This document shows, in pieces, positions 1 to 10,800 of a DNA stretch of 64,000 nucleotides (the first letter of the stretch is position 1; each line of letters starts with the position of its first letter). Origin of the DNA: Terriglobia bacterium. GTDB lineage: Bacteria; Acidobacteriota; Terriglobia; Terriglobales; Acidobacteriaceae. The notes below the pieces were generated by a model that was given only the letters and a program-made list of their open reading frames with translations, searched no databases and was not told the origin of the DNA. The stretch lies in contig CAVRTD010000002.1 of the NCBI GenBank assembly GCA_963724105.1, positions 29,650 through 93,649 of the forward strand, in the 5' to 3' direction. Both the position numbers and the translations under genes were made by a program.

Positions 1-497
1 TGCAAAAGAACGCAGCTAATAGCGCCTTGGTTAGGGCAGCTCGCGTGAGTGCCAGCCGGAATCGTGTGCAATGGTTGTGCCCACACCTTGCTGCTATCCA
101 GAGAGCTTTGCCATGTCGCACTGCCGAAGGGCAGCGGTTCGGGCGCGAACTCGTTGGGGCTGGTAACAGGGCTCAGGAAGTGAGTCATGATCTGATCAGA
201 ATGGCCTGGTACGCCGTTAAAGAGAGTGGCCTGTGGCTGGCTGCCATTGACCGTCCAGGAAACGCCTGTGCCTGTTGGAAGGCAGACATAGCGTTGAGTA
301 CCTACAGCGTGACCTATCAGGAATAGAGAGTTGCCTGACGGCGGCGTGATGCTGGCCGGCGTAATCGGCTCCGCGGTGCTTTGCGCTGCTGCTGTCCGTA
401 CGATGCCGAACGCGAACGCAAGAAGCAGGAGCCCAGCCGCCAGCATGAGCCGGATCTTCCCGTCGTCTCCAGGATGTTGATCCAGGTGGTAGCTCAT
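1..497 (-). CDS. secreted hypothetical protein, C-terminus lies outside the window (possibly DUF3455-like)
   Basis: ATG at 497 is preceded by GGAGAAAAATACAA (RBS). My translation is MSYHLDQHPGDDGKIRLMLAAGLLLLAFAFGIVRTAAAQSTAEPITP...GTQRYVCLPTGTGVSWTVNG..., with a signal-peptide-like N-terminus. It stays open to position 1. It is missing from the ORF track because it runs off the edge. The family call is from memory of the GxQxYxC-type motif only. Confidence 0.5.
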   Translation of the reverse strand, partial: MSYHLDQHPGDDGKIRLMLAAGLLLLAFAFGIVRTAAAQSTAEPITPASITPPSGNSLFLIGHAVGTQRYVCLPTGTGVSWTVNGSQPQATLFNGVPGHSDQIMTHFLSPVTSPNEFAPEPLPFGSATWQSSLDSSKVWAQPLHTIPAGTHASCPNQGAISCVLL

Positions 498-585
498 TTG
501 TATTTTTCTCCATTTCAGTGCGAGGTGGAATGTTGCTTTCCACCTCGCGGTTGGGTTTTGTTGGAATGAGAATGAAAGCATCCTG

Positions 586-1167
586 CTATTTGCGGTCTGC
601 GTCTTCGGTTTGTGGAATGCCGGCAGCGAACCAAACGCCACCAACGTTGCGGATCAGCAGCACTGGGGTGTCGCAGTTAGCCGGCGGAGCAGGAGCAAGG
701 AAATCGTCGATCCTGAAATCTCCATTGGCTTCAAGGGCGACGCCAGGCAGAGTCGTGCTATGGGCAGTCGCGGTCGCGGCCGGACCGCAAAAAAGTGTCG
801 CGTGGACGCTCTGGCCGGCGTTGGTTCCAATACCATTGCCGGATGCCAACAGCAAGCCGCGTCCTGCGACCTTAATATGCCCGTCAGCGCCTATCGCGGC
901 CTCGAGGCTTGCGATTCTCCAGGGCGCGCCGGGGGGCACACCCCGCACGACGTTAAGGTTGACTGTTCCATTGGCAGCGACGCCGGTAACAGTAATGACC
1001 CCGATGCCGCCTTTGAATTTCAGCACCGGCGCCGCAAAATTATCAGGGCTGTTTTGTGCGGAGGCGACACCACTGACCGCGAGAGCAAGGATGGTTACCG
1101 CCAACCCACGGAATATGTTGCTCACTGCCTTGCTGTTAGGACGTGTTGCGTTGTAATGATTAATCAC
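586..1167 (-). CDS. secreted hypothetical protein
   Basis: 193-aa ORF with an N-terminal signal peptide (LAVTILALAVSGVASAQN). The Gly/Ala/Val-rich mature part has two Cys. The overlapping plus-strand ORFs (518-1156, 610-1197) look like GC-driven shadows. Confidence 0.55.
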   Translation of the reverse strand: MINHYNATRPNSKAVSNIFRGLAVTILALAVSGVASAQNSPDNFAAPVLKFKGGIGVITVTGVAANGTVNLNVVRGVPPGAPWRIASLEAAIGADGHIKVAGRGLLLASGNGIGTNAGQSVHATLFCGPAATATAHSTTLPGVALEANGDFRIDDFLAPAPPANCDTPVLLIRNVGGVWFAAGIPQTEDADRK

Positions 1168-1216
1168 TTTTTTCTCCTTATTTATTTAGCGTTTTGAAAA
1201 GCCAGCTGTGAACAAG

Positions 1217-1420
1217 TCATCCGATCCAGTCCTCCTCATCGTTCAGCGCGTCGTGCAGCATCTTTTGCAAGAGCTGCGGCAATTCCTCAATCGACTGGAA
1301 GGTTGCCGTGCGCCCTGACGCCACATGCTCAACGCGTCCCGGAAGCTGTTCCGCGCGAGCTGTAGCTGAATCGCGAAACTGGATTACGAAGGCGTTTGTG
1401 TGCTGCCGTCCCTTCATCAC
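1217..1420 (-). CDS. small hypothetical protein (67 aa)
   Basis: ORF only; acidic C-terminus; no recognisable motif. Confidence 0.35.
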   Translation of the reverse strand: MMKGRQHTNAFVIQFRDSATARAEQLPGRVEHVASGRTATFQSIEELPQLLQKMLHDALNDEEDWIG

Positions 1421-1640
1421 GATCCCAAAATAGGCGATTCCAAGCAGGGAGTCATAACGTACCGGTGATCTTCAGGTGGTGTTTTGGTGGTGTGGAGCTG
1501 ACTGGAAAGCCCCCAGGACGAGTAGGGCACGTTTAACAGAACATTCATACGGAAAACAATATTTTGCGACCTGCACTCTTTCTGAGTAATCTAGGTATAA
1601 GTATTAGGCCCATCCGAATTCTTCTAGCTCGTGACAAATT

Positions 1641-4382
1641 GTGAACGACATCGCATTTGGACAGTTTCGGCTCGACCTCGGCAACGAGTGCCTGTGGCAA
1701 GGTGCGCGAGCGATATCTCTGCGTCCAAAAGCTTTTGCGGTCCTGAAAATCCTGCTTGAGCATGCCGGGCAGCTTGTCAACAAACAACAGGTGCTGGATG
1801 CAGTATGGCCGGGCACGTTCGTGGGCGATGCGGTTCTCAAAGACAACATCCGGCAGCTAAGAGAGGCGCTGAATGACGATGCCGGCTCTCCCCGTTACAT
1901 AGAAACAGCGCATCGACGTGGTTATCGTTTCATTGCGAAGATTTCTGAACCTAAAGATAGTGCCCTGAGTCCATCATCCTTTGGACTTGAGCTAAAACCC
2001 AGTGCAGGGATTCCAACGCCTCCGCCTGAACTCTCAATGCGTGTACTCGGCCGCGAAGCCGAGTTGGCTAAAATGCGAGCCTTGATGGAGCGGGTTCGCG
2101 CCGGTAAACGTCAAACTGTCTTTATCACTGGAGAAGCCGGGATCGGCAAGACCACGTTGGTCCAAGCCTTTTTGGATTATGCGGCGCAGATTCCAGGAAC
2201 GCTCATTGTGCGAGGGCAGTGCCTGGAGCATTTTGGATCATCGGAAGCGTATCTTCCGGTATTGGATGGTTTTTCCAGGCTATGTCGCTCGTCCGCCGGA
2301 CCTCAAGTCATTGATGTTGTACGACAACAAGCGCCTTCCTGGCTCGCCCATATGTCACCGATAAACCGGCAAGCGGAAAGAGGGGACCTTCAACCGCAGA
2401 TGGTGGGCACAACCCGCGAGCGGATGTTGCGTGAAATGGCGGAAGCAATTGAGAAGCTTGCGGAAAAATCTCCGGTATTGCTGGTTCTTGAAGATCTGCA
2501 CTGGAGCGACTACTCCTCGCTTGACCTTGTTTCCTATTTAGCCAGACGCCAGGATCCCGCGCACCTCATGGTGATTGGTACGTATCGCCCCGTTGATGTG
2601 ATTCTCGCTGGCCATCCTATCAAGAGTGTAAAGCGCGAACTCCAGGCACATCGCTTATGTCACGAGCTCCCGCTTGAGTACCTCACGGAAGAGGATGTTA
2701 CTCAATATCTTGCAGAACGTTTTCCGGGGCAATATCTTCCTAGCCGGTTGCGACGAACAATCTACCGGCGCACTGAGGGCAACCCCCTTTTCATGGTCAA
2801 CCTGGTTCAATACTTAATCGACCAGAAAGTAATAGCGCAAGAGCACGGAGCATGGAGTTTCTGTGTTGAGTGTTCCGAAGTCGAAAAGGGGATTCCCTCC
2901 ACCATAAAAGAGCTAATCGAAAAGCAAGTGGAGCGGTTGAGCGGGGACGAGCGTGCCGTGCTGGAAGCAGCCTCCTCGACTGGAATGGACTTTTCTACCG
3001 TGGCCGTCGCTGCGGGGCTTGATAAGCCGACCGAATGGGTTGAACGGCAGTGTGAGGAACTGGCTCGCCGCCACCAGTTTCTGTCACCTGCATGGCTTGA
3101 TGAACTGCCTGGCGGCATTGTTACTCCCCGGCACAGATTCAACCACGTGCTCTACCGTGAAGTGCCTTACAGCCTGATTCCCGCCATGCGGCGCGCGCAA
3201 ATACACCAGCGAATCGCCGAGCGTGCGGTGGAGATCTACGGAGAGGGCGCCAGCGAAATTGCAGCCGAGCTGGCCATGCATTTCGAGCAGAGCCGCGACT
3301 GGCCCCGCGCACTGCAATACCTTATCGAGGCGGCAGGAACCGCTGCTCATCGGTCTGCCCACCATGAAGCTGCAGAGCTCGCCAGGAGAGGACTGGAGGC
3401 GTTGAAGTCTTTGCCGCGGGATTCCGAGCGAGCGCGCCAGGAAATCACCTTACGCATGCTCCGGAGCACATCACTTATTGCGATCAGCGGTTTTGCCGCG
3501 GCTGAAATTGACAAAATTCGTACCCTCGCTGAAGAGCTACTCTGGATGAAAGAGCCGTCGCCGCAACTATTCAACATGCTCGTGCTGCTGGTGTTGTTTT
3601 ACAAGTTCAGTGGAAAAATGAGCTCTGCGCAAGAAGCCGCGGAACAATTGTTGCAGATAGCCGAAACACTCGGCGATTCTGCCTTGATCATGGAAGCACA
3701 TCGAGCTATGGGCTCGGCCCTGATCGAGCAGAACCACTGCGCCGAGGCACTCCGTCACTTTGATCGTGCGTCCAGCTTGTACGAGGCCAACCGCAATCAT
3801 CCTTACTCGCTGACCGTCGCTCATGACTGCAAAGTGGTCAGTGAATGCTTCGCGGCAAGAGCGTTGTGGGCGCTGGGCGATTCAGATGGTGCACTGAAAC
3901 GAATGCAAAGTGCATCGGCTTTTGCAGCAGAGCTCTCTCACCCTGCAAGCCGCGTATTTGTAGCTCACTTTGCCGTTCAACTTCATCAGATGCGAGGCGA
4001 AGTGGAGCTTGCCCACGAGCGGTCGAAGGAAGTTGTGAAGCTGGCAGACGAGTATGGACTCGATCTATGGCAAGCGCTTGGCAATATCGATCTGGGATGG
4101 GCGGAGGCGGCTACAGGAAACGCGCAATCAGGCATCGATCAGATGCAACGAGGCATAAAGGCCTACATGGCTGCCGGAGCTAAGTTGTGGTGCCCTTACT
4201 TTCTGGCGCTTCTGGCGGATCAACTGGGCAAAACGGGACGAACAGAAGAAGGCCTTAGTGTCGTCGCAGAGGCCTTGGCGCTTACGCGGGAAACGGGAGA
4301 AACGTACGCTCTTTCCGAGTTACATCGGATCAAAAACCATCTGCTAATCAGCGCAAGCAGTCCCTTATCTTCAGCGTGCTGA
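1641..4382 (+). CDS. large transcriptional regulator: OmpR/PhoB-type winged-helix + AAA/NTPase (Walker A) + TPR-like C-terminal region
   Basis: GTG start. The N-terminus FGQFRLDLGNECLWQGARAISLRPKAFAVLKILLEHAGQLVNKQQVLDAVWP is a typical trans_reg_C winged helix. Walker A is GEAGIGKTTL, Walker B-like is VLLVLEDLHWSD. A long helical repeat tail follows. Confidence 0.85.
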   Translation: MNDIAFGQFRLDLGNECLWQGARAISLRPKAFAVLKILLEHAGQLVNKQQVLDAVWPGTFVGDAVLKDNIRQLREALNDDAGSPRYIETAHRRGYRFIAKISEPKDSALSPSSFGLELKPSAGIPTPPPELSMRVLGREAELAKMRALMERVRAGKRQTVFITGEAGIGKTTLVQAFLDYAAQIPGTLIVRGQCLEHFGSSEAYLPVLDGFSRLCRSSAGPQVIDVVRQQAPSWLAHMSPINRQAERGDLQPQMVGTTRERMLREMAEAIEKLAEKSPVLLVLEDLHWSDYSSLDLVSYLARRQDPAHLMVIGTYRPVDVILAGHPIKSVKRELQAHRLCHELPLEYLTEEDVTQYLAERFPGQYLPSRLRRTIYRRTEGNPLFMVNLVQYLIDQKVIAQEHGAWSFCVECSEVEKGIPSTIKELIEKQVERLSGDERAVLEAASSTGMDFSTVAVAAGLDKPTEWVERQCEELARRHQFLSPAWLDELPGGIVTPRHRFNHVLYREVPYSLIPAMRRAQIHQRIAERAVEIYGEGASEIAAELAMHFEQSRDWPRALQYLIEAAGTAAHRSAHHEAAELARRGLEALKSLPRDSERARQEITLRMLRSTSLIAISGFAAAEIDKIRTLAEELLWMKEPSPQLFNMLVLLVLFYKFSGKMSSAQEAAEQLLQIAETLGDSALIMEAHRAMGSALIEQNHCAEALRHFDRASSLYEANRNHPYSLTVAHDCKVVSECFAARALWALGDSDGALKRMQSASAFAAELSHPASRVFVAHFAVQLHQMRGEVELAHERSKEVVKLADEYGLDLWQALGNIDLGWAEAATGNAQSGIDQMQRGIKAYMAAGAKLWCPYFLALLADQLGKTGRTEEGLSVVAEALALTRETGETYALSELHRIKNHLLISASSPLSSAC

Positions 4383-4513
4383 ACGTGCCTGACTGTAGAC
4401 GATTTTGTGCTGTGAAAACCTCCAGTTTCAGCTTAATCAGTGGGTCGAAAAGTTGGCTAAGAATTTGGTGAGCAAACCTGCTCCAGCATCGGGCAATCAA
4501 TAAGTCTGTTCGC

Positions 4514-4568
4514 TGGCATGTTTTCCCTGTTATCCCGCCTGTTATTTCCTGCTCATTCCCTGTTACGA
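4514..4568. repeat. copy A of a ~55-bp intergenic repeat containing three CCTGTTA units
   Basis: TGGCATGTTTTCCCTGTTATCCCGCCTGTTATTTCCTGCTCATTCCCTGTTACGA. By eye it is about 88 percent identical to 12002-12057. Both copies are in the same orientation and lie about 130 nt downstream of the stop of a plus-strand gene. Confidence 0.6.
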
Positions 4569-4640
4569 ACTCCGGCTGGCGGGTCTGAAACGGCCACTGA
4601 CATCTGGTTAGTCAAGACACTTGCTATCCTTACCACGATA

Positions 4641-7632
4641 TCAGTGGACGCGCGGCTCTATAGCAGGCCAGAGTACCGGCGAAACGAACGGCGTTGTGTG
4701 CGGCACTCGGTTTCCGAAGAGCGGTCTGGGCGACAAACGCAGGTTCCTGTCAGAAGCAGGCCTAAATGCGTTCCCCGCTGGTCGTGATGCCACTCCTTTC
4801 CAGGTTCGCGATGCAGTCCCTGCCACATTTCGTGATGCAAAGTTTACAGGTGTCCTGGCGCCAACCGTGGCAAACGGCAGAGGAAAAGGTTCGGGCAAGG
4901 AGGTTAGATCAAGAATCGCAATCTGACTGGCAAGTGAGCCGACAATACCTACCAGAACGTTATCCTTTCCATCGGCAACAAGGGCGTCATAGATGGGGGA
5001 AAATGAAATTGGCATGGCAATGCGGCTGCGCAAAGTTCCGAGCCGCCCATCAAACACATCCATTCCAGATGTTGACGGTTGGAAGAGCAGCGTGCCGTCC
5101 GGGCTCAGCTTCATGCCAAAGACGTAGGAAATGTTCAGGACCTCACGGTCGTTCAGCGTGGTAAAAGACTCGGCGTTCAGGTCGGCGTCATAATCAAAAA
5201 GAGCGGCGGCAAATTGCGTGTTGTTGCTGGAAAGCGCGAGATCCATCAGATCGATGTCGCAGCAAGGTGGGCCAACCGCCGCAATCTCGACCGTGTCCGT
5301 TGCCGTATCTACTGTGTATACCGAGCCGGCATTGTTAAAGTACACGCGCGCGCCGTCAGCGCTGATGGCCGTGCGCAGCAAAGCATCCGTTCGACCCGAA
5401 ACCGGGAGCGATAATGTTGTAGTCGGTGATCTTCTTCGTTGTGGTGTCCAGCTTGAAAAAGCCATGGAATCCGGTCCCGCCCTGATTGGTTAGGGTGTAG
5501 TAAACCATCCCAGCATTGCTGACGGAAACTCCGGCAGGATTGGCGATAACTCCCTGGACAGGAGGGAAAGAACCCGGAAGAGGAAAAGTGTTCACTGTGG
5601 CCGGCGTGTCGGGATTGAGAAGATAAATTGCATTTGCTGCAGCATCTGCAATGGCCAGCTTGCTGCCATCTGGAGAAAGAGCGATGCCCCACAAACGCTG
5701 GCTGGCAGGGATATCGATCGGCGCAAGGAGCCTGCCTTGCGTTTTGGAAAACACCAGCACCTGGGTAGCGCTGGTGAAGTAATACACATCCCGCAAATGG
5801 TCATAAATACCCTGGGCCAATTCTGTGGGGCCGGTATTAAATATCTGTATTGGGGGTAAATAGGAAAAGGCTGCGTTTGCCGTGGTTGTTCCCGAGCTGT
5901 TGCTGACCGTCACCGCGACGCTCGTACCTGCCGTGCCTGGCGGAATGCTAAAAGCAACGGCTTCCAATTGAAATGGCGGAGACGCTAATCCGTATGCACC
6001 GCTATTAAATCCCAGAATAGTTGCGGGTTGGCCGCCCACCGTGATGGTTAAATCCGCCGGAATAGTAGCGCCAGCCACCGGACCCAACCCGTATCCGTAG
6101 ATGATGCCCGTGCCTCCGCCTTCCGCAGTGGACGCGTTCGGCGTGACCTGAACGATCGTGGGACCATAGCTGAAGCCCTCAGGGAGCATCCATGCGCCTC
6201 CGTCATTCATCAGGACCGCAACATCCACTGGGCCGGGCGTTCCAGCTGGGGTGGTCATGGAGAGCAGATTTCCTTTTTGCGTTATGGAAGGTGATAGCTG
6301 TGCTCCGAAGTAAACCGCATTCACAGAGCCGATCGCCGGATTCGGATTACTCAAGGCCACCTTGGTGCCGCCAGCCACGGGACCCAGGGGAACGTCTAAA
6401 TATCCATTGAGGAATTGGGTTCCAACCGTACCTGCATGCATCGCCGCAACATCAAGAAATCCTACCCCTTCTTCCATTGGACCAGCCAGCAGGCCGTTGC
6501 CAACATCTACCAACGCAGGGCCTGTCGCGGGTCCAGTGAGAAAGCCGCCATTAACTGGCTCCAACACAAGGTTAGGCAACCAGCCGGTCTGCTGATGCGT
6601 GTTGACGTTGTAGGCGTAAACAATGCTCGGGGAAGTAACAAAGACCGTGCTGGAATCGGCACTGAAGGTAATCCAGTGGTCTGATGCAGTTTCTCCGCTC
6701 ACAGGAAATTGAGCCAGCACATTAAGAGTGTTCGCGTCAAATAAAAGCAGACTTCCGCCATTGCCACTGTTGAACTGCGGAATGGCAATATATTTTCCAT
6801 CAGGAGAGACGCTCACTCTTACGGGAAAGTTTGAGACCGTCGCAAAGTTATCAGCTCCGGTTGAAGCATCCACCGAACAGAGGGTGCTATCGCTATCCGC
6901 GCTTCCCAGAATAATCTTCTTGCGATCCGCGCTGCGGGTAAACCCAGCGATGTTCTCCAGCCCCGCACAGACAATGGTCGCTGGCAGTCCCCCGAAACTA
7001 GCGGTGAAAGGAGTCTCATAGATGGTGCTGGAGTTGTCTGCAGGGTTCCATACGATAAAAGCAGCGGAGCCATCCACGTTCGCAATTCCTCCGGCTGACC
7101 CAAGAAGAGCTAACCGGCCATCGCTGAGAACCAGTGCGATGGATCCCTGGAAACCAAAGGCGCCAATTTGTGAGGCCAAGAAACGTCCAGTTACAGTCAT
7201 GGCCACCGGATCAATGGTATAGACATCGCCGATGAGGGTTCCAACATAGATTTTTGTATGATCAGGCGTGTCGTCCATGCCAAACGCACCCGGGATGTCC
7301 AGAGTGGCAATTCTGGTTCGAGTGGTAGGGTCCAGCACCATCACGTGATTGCCGGTTGGATCGCTGACAAAGAGCCGGTTCGTGAGCGGGCTGTAGACAC
7401 TCCATTGCCGGTTAATAAAACCAAAATACTCTGTCACCGCATCTGTGCGCACGTACTTGGTTCGCGAAAGAGCGAAAGGCGCTGCACTTGAACCACCCCC
7501 ACCACCGCCACCGTTTCCAGGGCCACCAACGTTCCCTCCGCCGCCGCACCCCGCCAGTCCGGCTAGAACAACAAGAATACCGAGGAACCGCAGGGTACGC
7601 AGTCCAACATTCGACGATGAGTCCATGGTCAA
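4641..7632 (-). pseudogene. lipoprotein with beta-propeller-type repeats and IPT/TIG-like segment; reading frame broken near 5356-5410 (pseudogene or assembly indel)
   Basis: The 758-aa ORF (5356-7632) starts with a lipobox (LAGLAGCGGGG). It carries repeated S(P)DG..hy motifs and ends ...DYNIIAPGFGSNGCFAAHGHQR*. The -1-shifted ORF (4641-5465) continues with the same repeat type (TDALLRTAISADGARVYFNNAGSVYTVDTATDTV...). The 3' end near 4641 is uncertain because the last ~80 aa look non-protein-like. Confidence 0.55.
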
Positions 7633-7868
7633 GGGAACCAGTTTCCTTTATCAGTGAGAGTATGGGTTTGCAAGTATAAGAGATAGATAGTCCCATTGTC
7701 ACTACCAGTTTTCACGTAGATTTAAGAATTATCTACCCTCAGAGTGGCTATTAGTTCTGTCACAACTAAATACCGATTTTAGAAAGCCATAAGCATAGAA
7801 TTTATGGTTCCTAAGTAGTCTGGCGATATGCTATTTTTATAGAACCCCGATAATAGGATTGTCTAAAG

Positions 7869-10800
7869 GTGAGGTGTGCATTGCGTCGCATTGCGCTGGT
7901 GATCGTGGTTTGTCTGTCGATTGGATTCAAAGGTGGCGCTTTTGCACAAACCTTCAATAGTCCTCCGCTGTTACCTACGGCCTTTGATCCTGTGGCTGTT
8001 GCTACAGGTGACTTCAATCATGACGGCAATCCGGACCTGATTTATGTAGATGGAGCAGGCCAGACTCAGCACACTTTACATGTTCTCTTAGGGCGCGGGA
8101 ATGGCACGTTTTCACACGGACAAGACGTTCTTTTGCCGACAGGGATTTGTATATTCGCCTGCACGATCAATGTGGCCGATGTTTCAGCGGACGGGCTGCC
8201 CGACCTGATTATGGGGGGAAACATTGAGCTTACCGGTGAGGTTGCCGTGCTTGTGGGAAAAGCTGACGGCACTTTTCAAACGCCTATCATTTCCACGCTT
8301 CCGCCCAGCACACAGGGCTTTCCTTCTTTCGGTGGTGTAATTGCCGTCGCAGATTTCAATGGAGACGGCGCTCCTGATTTGGCAATGGGTGATCCTTCCA
8401 ACAGTGCAATCCATATCCTGTCCGGAGATAAGGCTGGTCATTTTACAGAAGCAGCCATCTTGCCCGATGACACCCGGTCCGGTGACCTTCACGCGATTGA
8501 TCTCAATCACGATGGTCATCTTGATCTTGTAGCACTCGGCAGCGCTTCTACTGGTGGGTTCGATGTCTTTTTCGGCAATGGCGATGGCACATTCCAATTT
8601 CGTGTCTTGCACGAACTGGGAGCCGGATTCAAGGGCTTTCTGGTGGATGCCGATGGCGACGGCCAGCCTGACATCCTGGCCCAGTTGAACACAACAGGAA
8701 CAGTCACCCAAATCATTTTTCTAAAGGGAAACCCTGACGGTACTTTTGCTCCGGCTCTTGCCATCGGCCAGCTTCCTGGCCAGCTTTCAGACAATATTGG
8801 GTTAGTTAGTATAGGTGACTTCAGTGGCGACGGTATTCTAGACCTGGAAGTAACCAACAAGACTGGTATTGGAATACTTCTTGGCCGGCCTGGTTTAACC
8901 TTTGGGCCCATGATTACGTCGCTTTCCGGAGGCACTTCGAATCCCTTTATAAACGCACAAGCGCAGGCTGACTTTAATAAGGATGGCCATCTGGATCTGG
9001 CCATGCCTTCCGAGGGCGGAATCGTGTTGCTGATGGGCAAAGGGGACGGTAGTTTCCAGAGCGGAGCCCAGGTTTACGACGTGGGTAGTCCCGTCACAAC
9101 GATTGCTGTCGCGGACTTTAACGGTGACAAACTTCCCGACATTGCTGTGGCCATTTCTGCGGCGATCCCACGTCTTCTGTTCGGCCAGGCGGATGGCACC
9201 TTTGTTCTGGAACCGGATCCTAATGCTACCCATGGCTCGGGCCCCGAGACCCTGGAGGTCGGCGATTTCAACGGAGACGGCAATGCCGATCTTTCTCTTG
9301 GTATCCCTTTCGGGCCCCATACCGTTTCATTCGGTGATGGACATGGAGGTTTCTCGGCGCCGCTGATCGTTCCAACCGGCGCTCCTGATATTGCTGACTT
9401 CAATGGTGACGGGCACAGTGACATGGCCATCATCAATGTTTCCGCCAACTGTTTTCCTGGTTGTCAGTTCACCGTTTCACTCGGCCAAGCCAACAAAACT
9501 TTTGTCACGAAGTCCACTACAATCCTGGGAATTACTGATGCCATTCTCACCGCTATTGGCGATCTCAATGGAGATGGCTTACCCGATGTAGTGCTGACCG
9601 GTGACGGCACTCTCCAGGTGTGGCTGGGCAAAGGCGACGGAACTTTCACGCTAGGCAGCTCGCTTAACATAGCCACCTTCAACGCAGGCAGCTTCGGCGT
9701 CAGTACCACGGCCGCTGCCACGGGCGCTGCCGTGGTGGATCTGGATGGCGACGGCAAGAAAGATCTTGTGTTGATGCCCGTAGTAGACCTTGCAAATCAA
9801 TTCTTTGTTCCGCCGCAGGCCCTGATGGTTTTGTACGGTCAAGGCGATGGCACATTTGAACCACCTGTTCTTGTTCCACTTTCCCACTACTACACCCAGA
9901 TTACGATTGCCGACGTGAACCAGGACCAACGGCCCGATCTGATCTTGAACGATGGCCTTGGAATCGCGGTGATTCTGAATCGGGGAAATCGGACCTTCGA
10001 AGAAGAAAGCCGCTATGTGGCCGGAACTTCCATCGCCGGGCTTACCGCTGTGGATGTGAACGGTGACGGCTTCCCCGACCTGGTTGTAGCAAATCCCGGC
10101 GGCACCACCGTTGCCGTCTTGCTAAACAATCCGACAGGCATTCCGCCTGGTGGCATTCACCCGCTTGCCTCTCTCAGTATCACGCCGGAACCTTCGGATT
10201 TCGCCGCTGCCTTCACTGCTACCGCCAGTGTTTCCGCCCCGAATTTGACCTCGCCTGCGCCGACGGGAAATGTCGACTTCATATTGGACGGAAGCCTTGC
10301 TGCAACTATCCCGCTTTCTTCTGGAACAGCCAGCTTTAGCTTCGCAAGCCCGCTTACGCCTGGGCTGCACCAGGTATTCGCAACCTATAACGGAGACTCC
10401 GTTTATGCGATGGCCTCCGTCAACCGGCCACACACGGTCAATCGGCAAGTCTTTGCCACAACAACCGCTCTAACGGCGACTCCATCAGTTGCTCTGGCCA
10501 GCCAAACCGTTCACTTGGAGGCCAACGTTTCTGCCGCCGGCGGCGCTACAGTGTGCCCCCCGATTATTGGGAATATTTGCTCCTGGGGCGTGGTGACATT
10601 CGTGGAAGGCACACAAACCTTGCACACTCAGTCTGCTGACGAAAACGGAAGAGCAGTCTTTGACACGGCATTGCTCTCCCCAGGCATACACTCGCTGTCA
10701 GCCATCTATCATGGATTTTCCAACGCCGCGCAGATCTTCCCGCAAAGCACTTCGGCCCCTGTCACAGTTACCGTCAACACTTTGCCCACGGCCACCACAG

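Noticed and set aside
518-1197. Long plus-strand ORFs (518-1156, 610-1197) overlapping the minus-strand 586-1167 gene. Many similar antisense or overlapping ORFs appear throughout the track, for example 8184-9448, 10709-11110, 25210-26001, 26339-27100, 45916-46377 and 60934-61713.
   Set aside because: They lie inside or antisense to much longer ORFs that carry clear family motifs. Their composition is Arg/Ala/Pro/Ser-rich, typical of GC-driven shadow frames, and they have no RBS or motifs.
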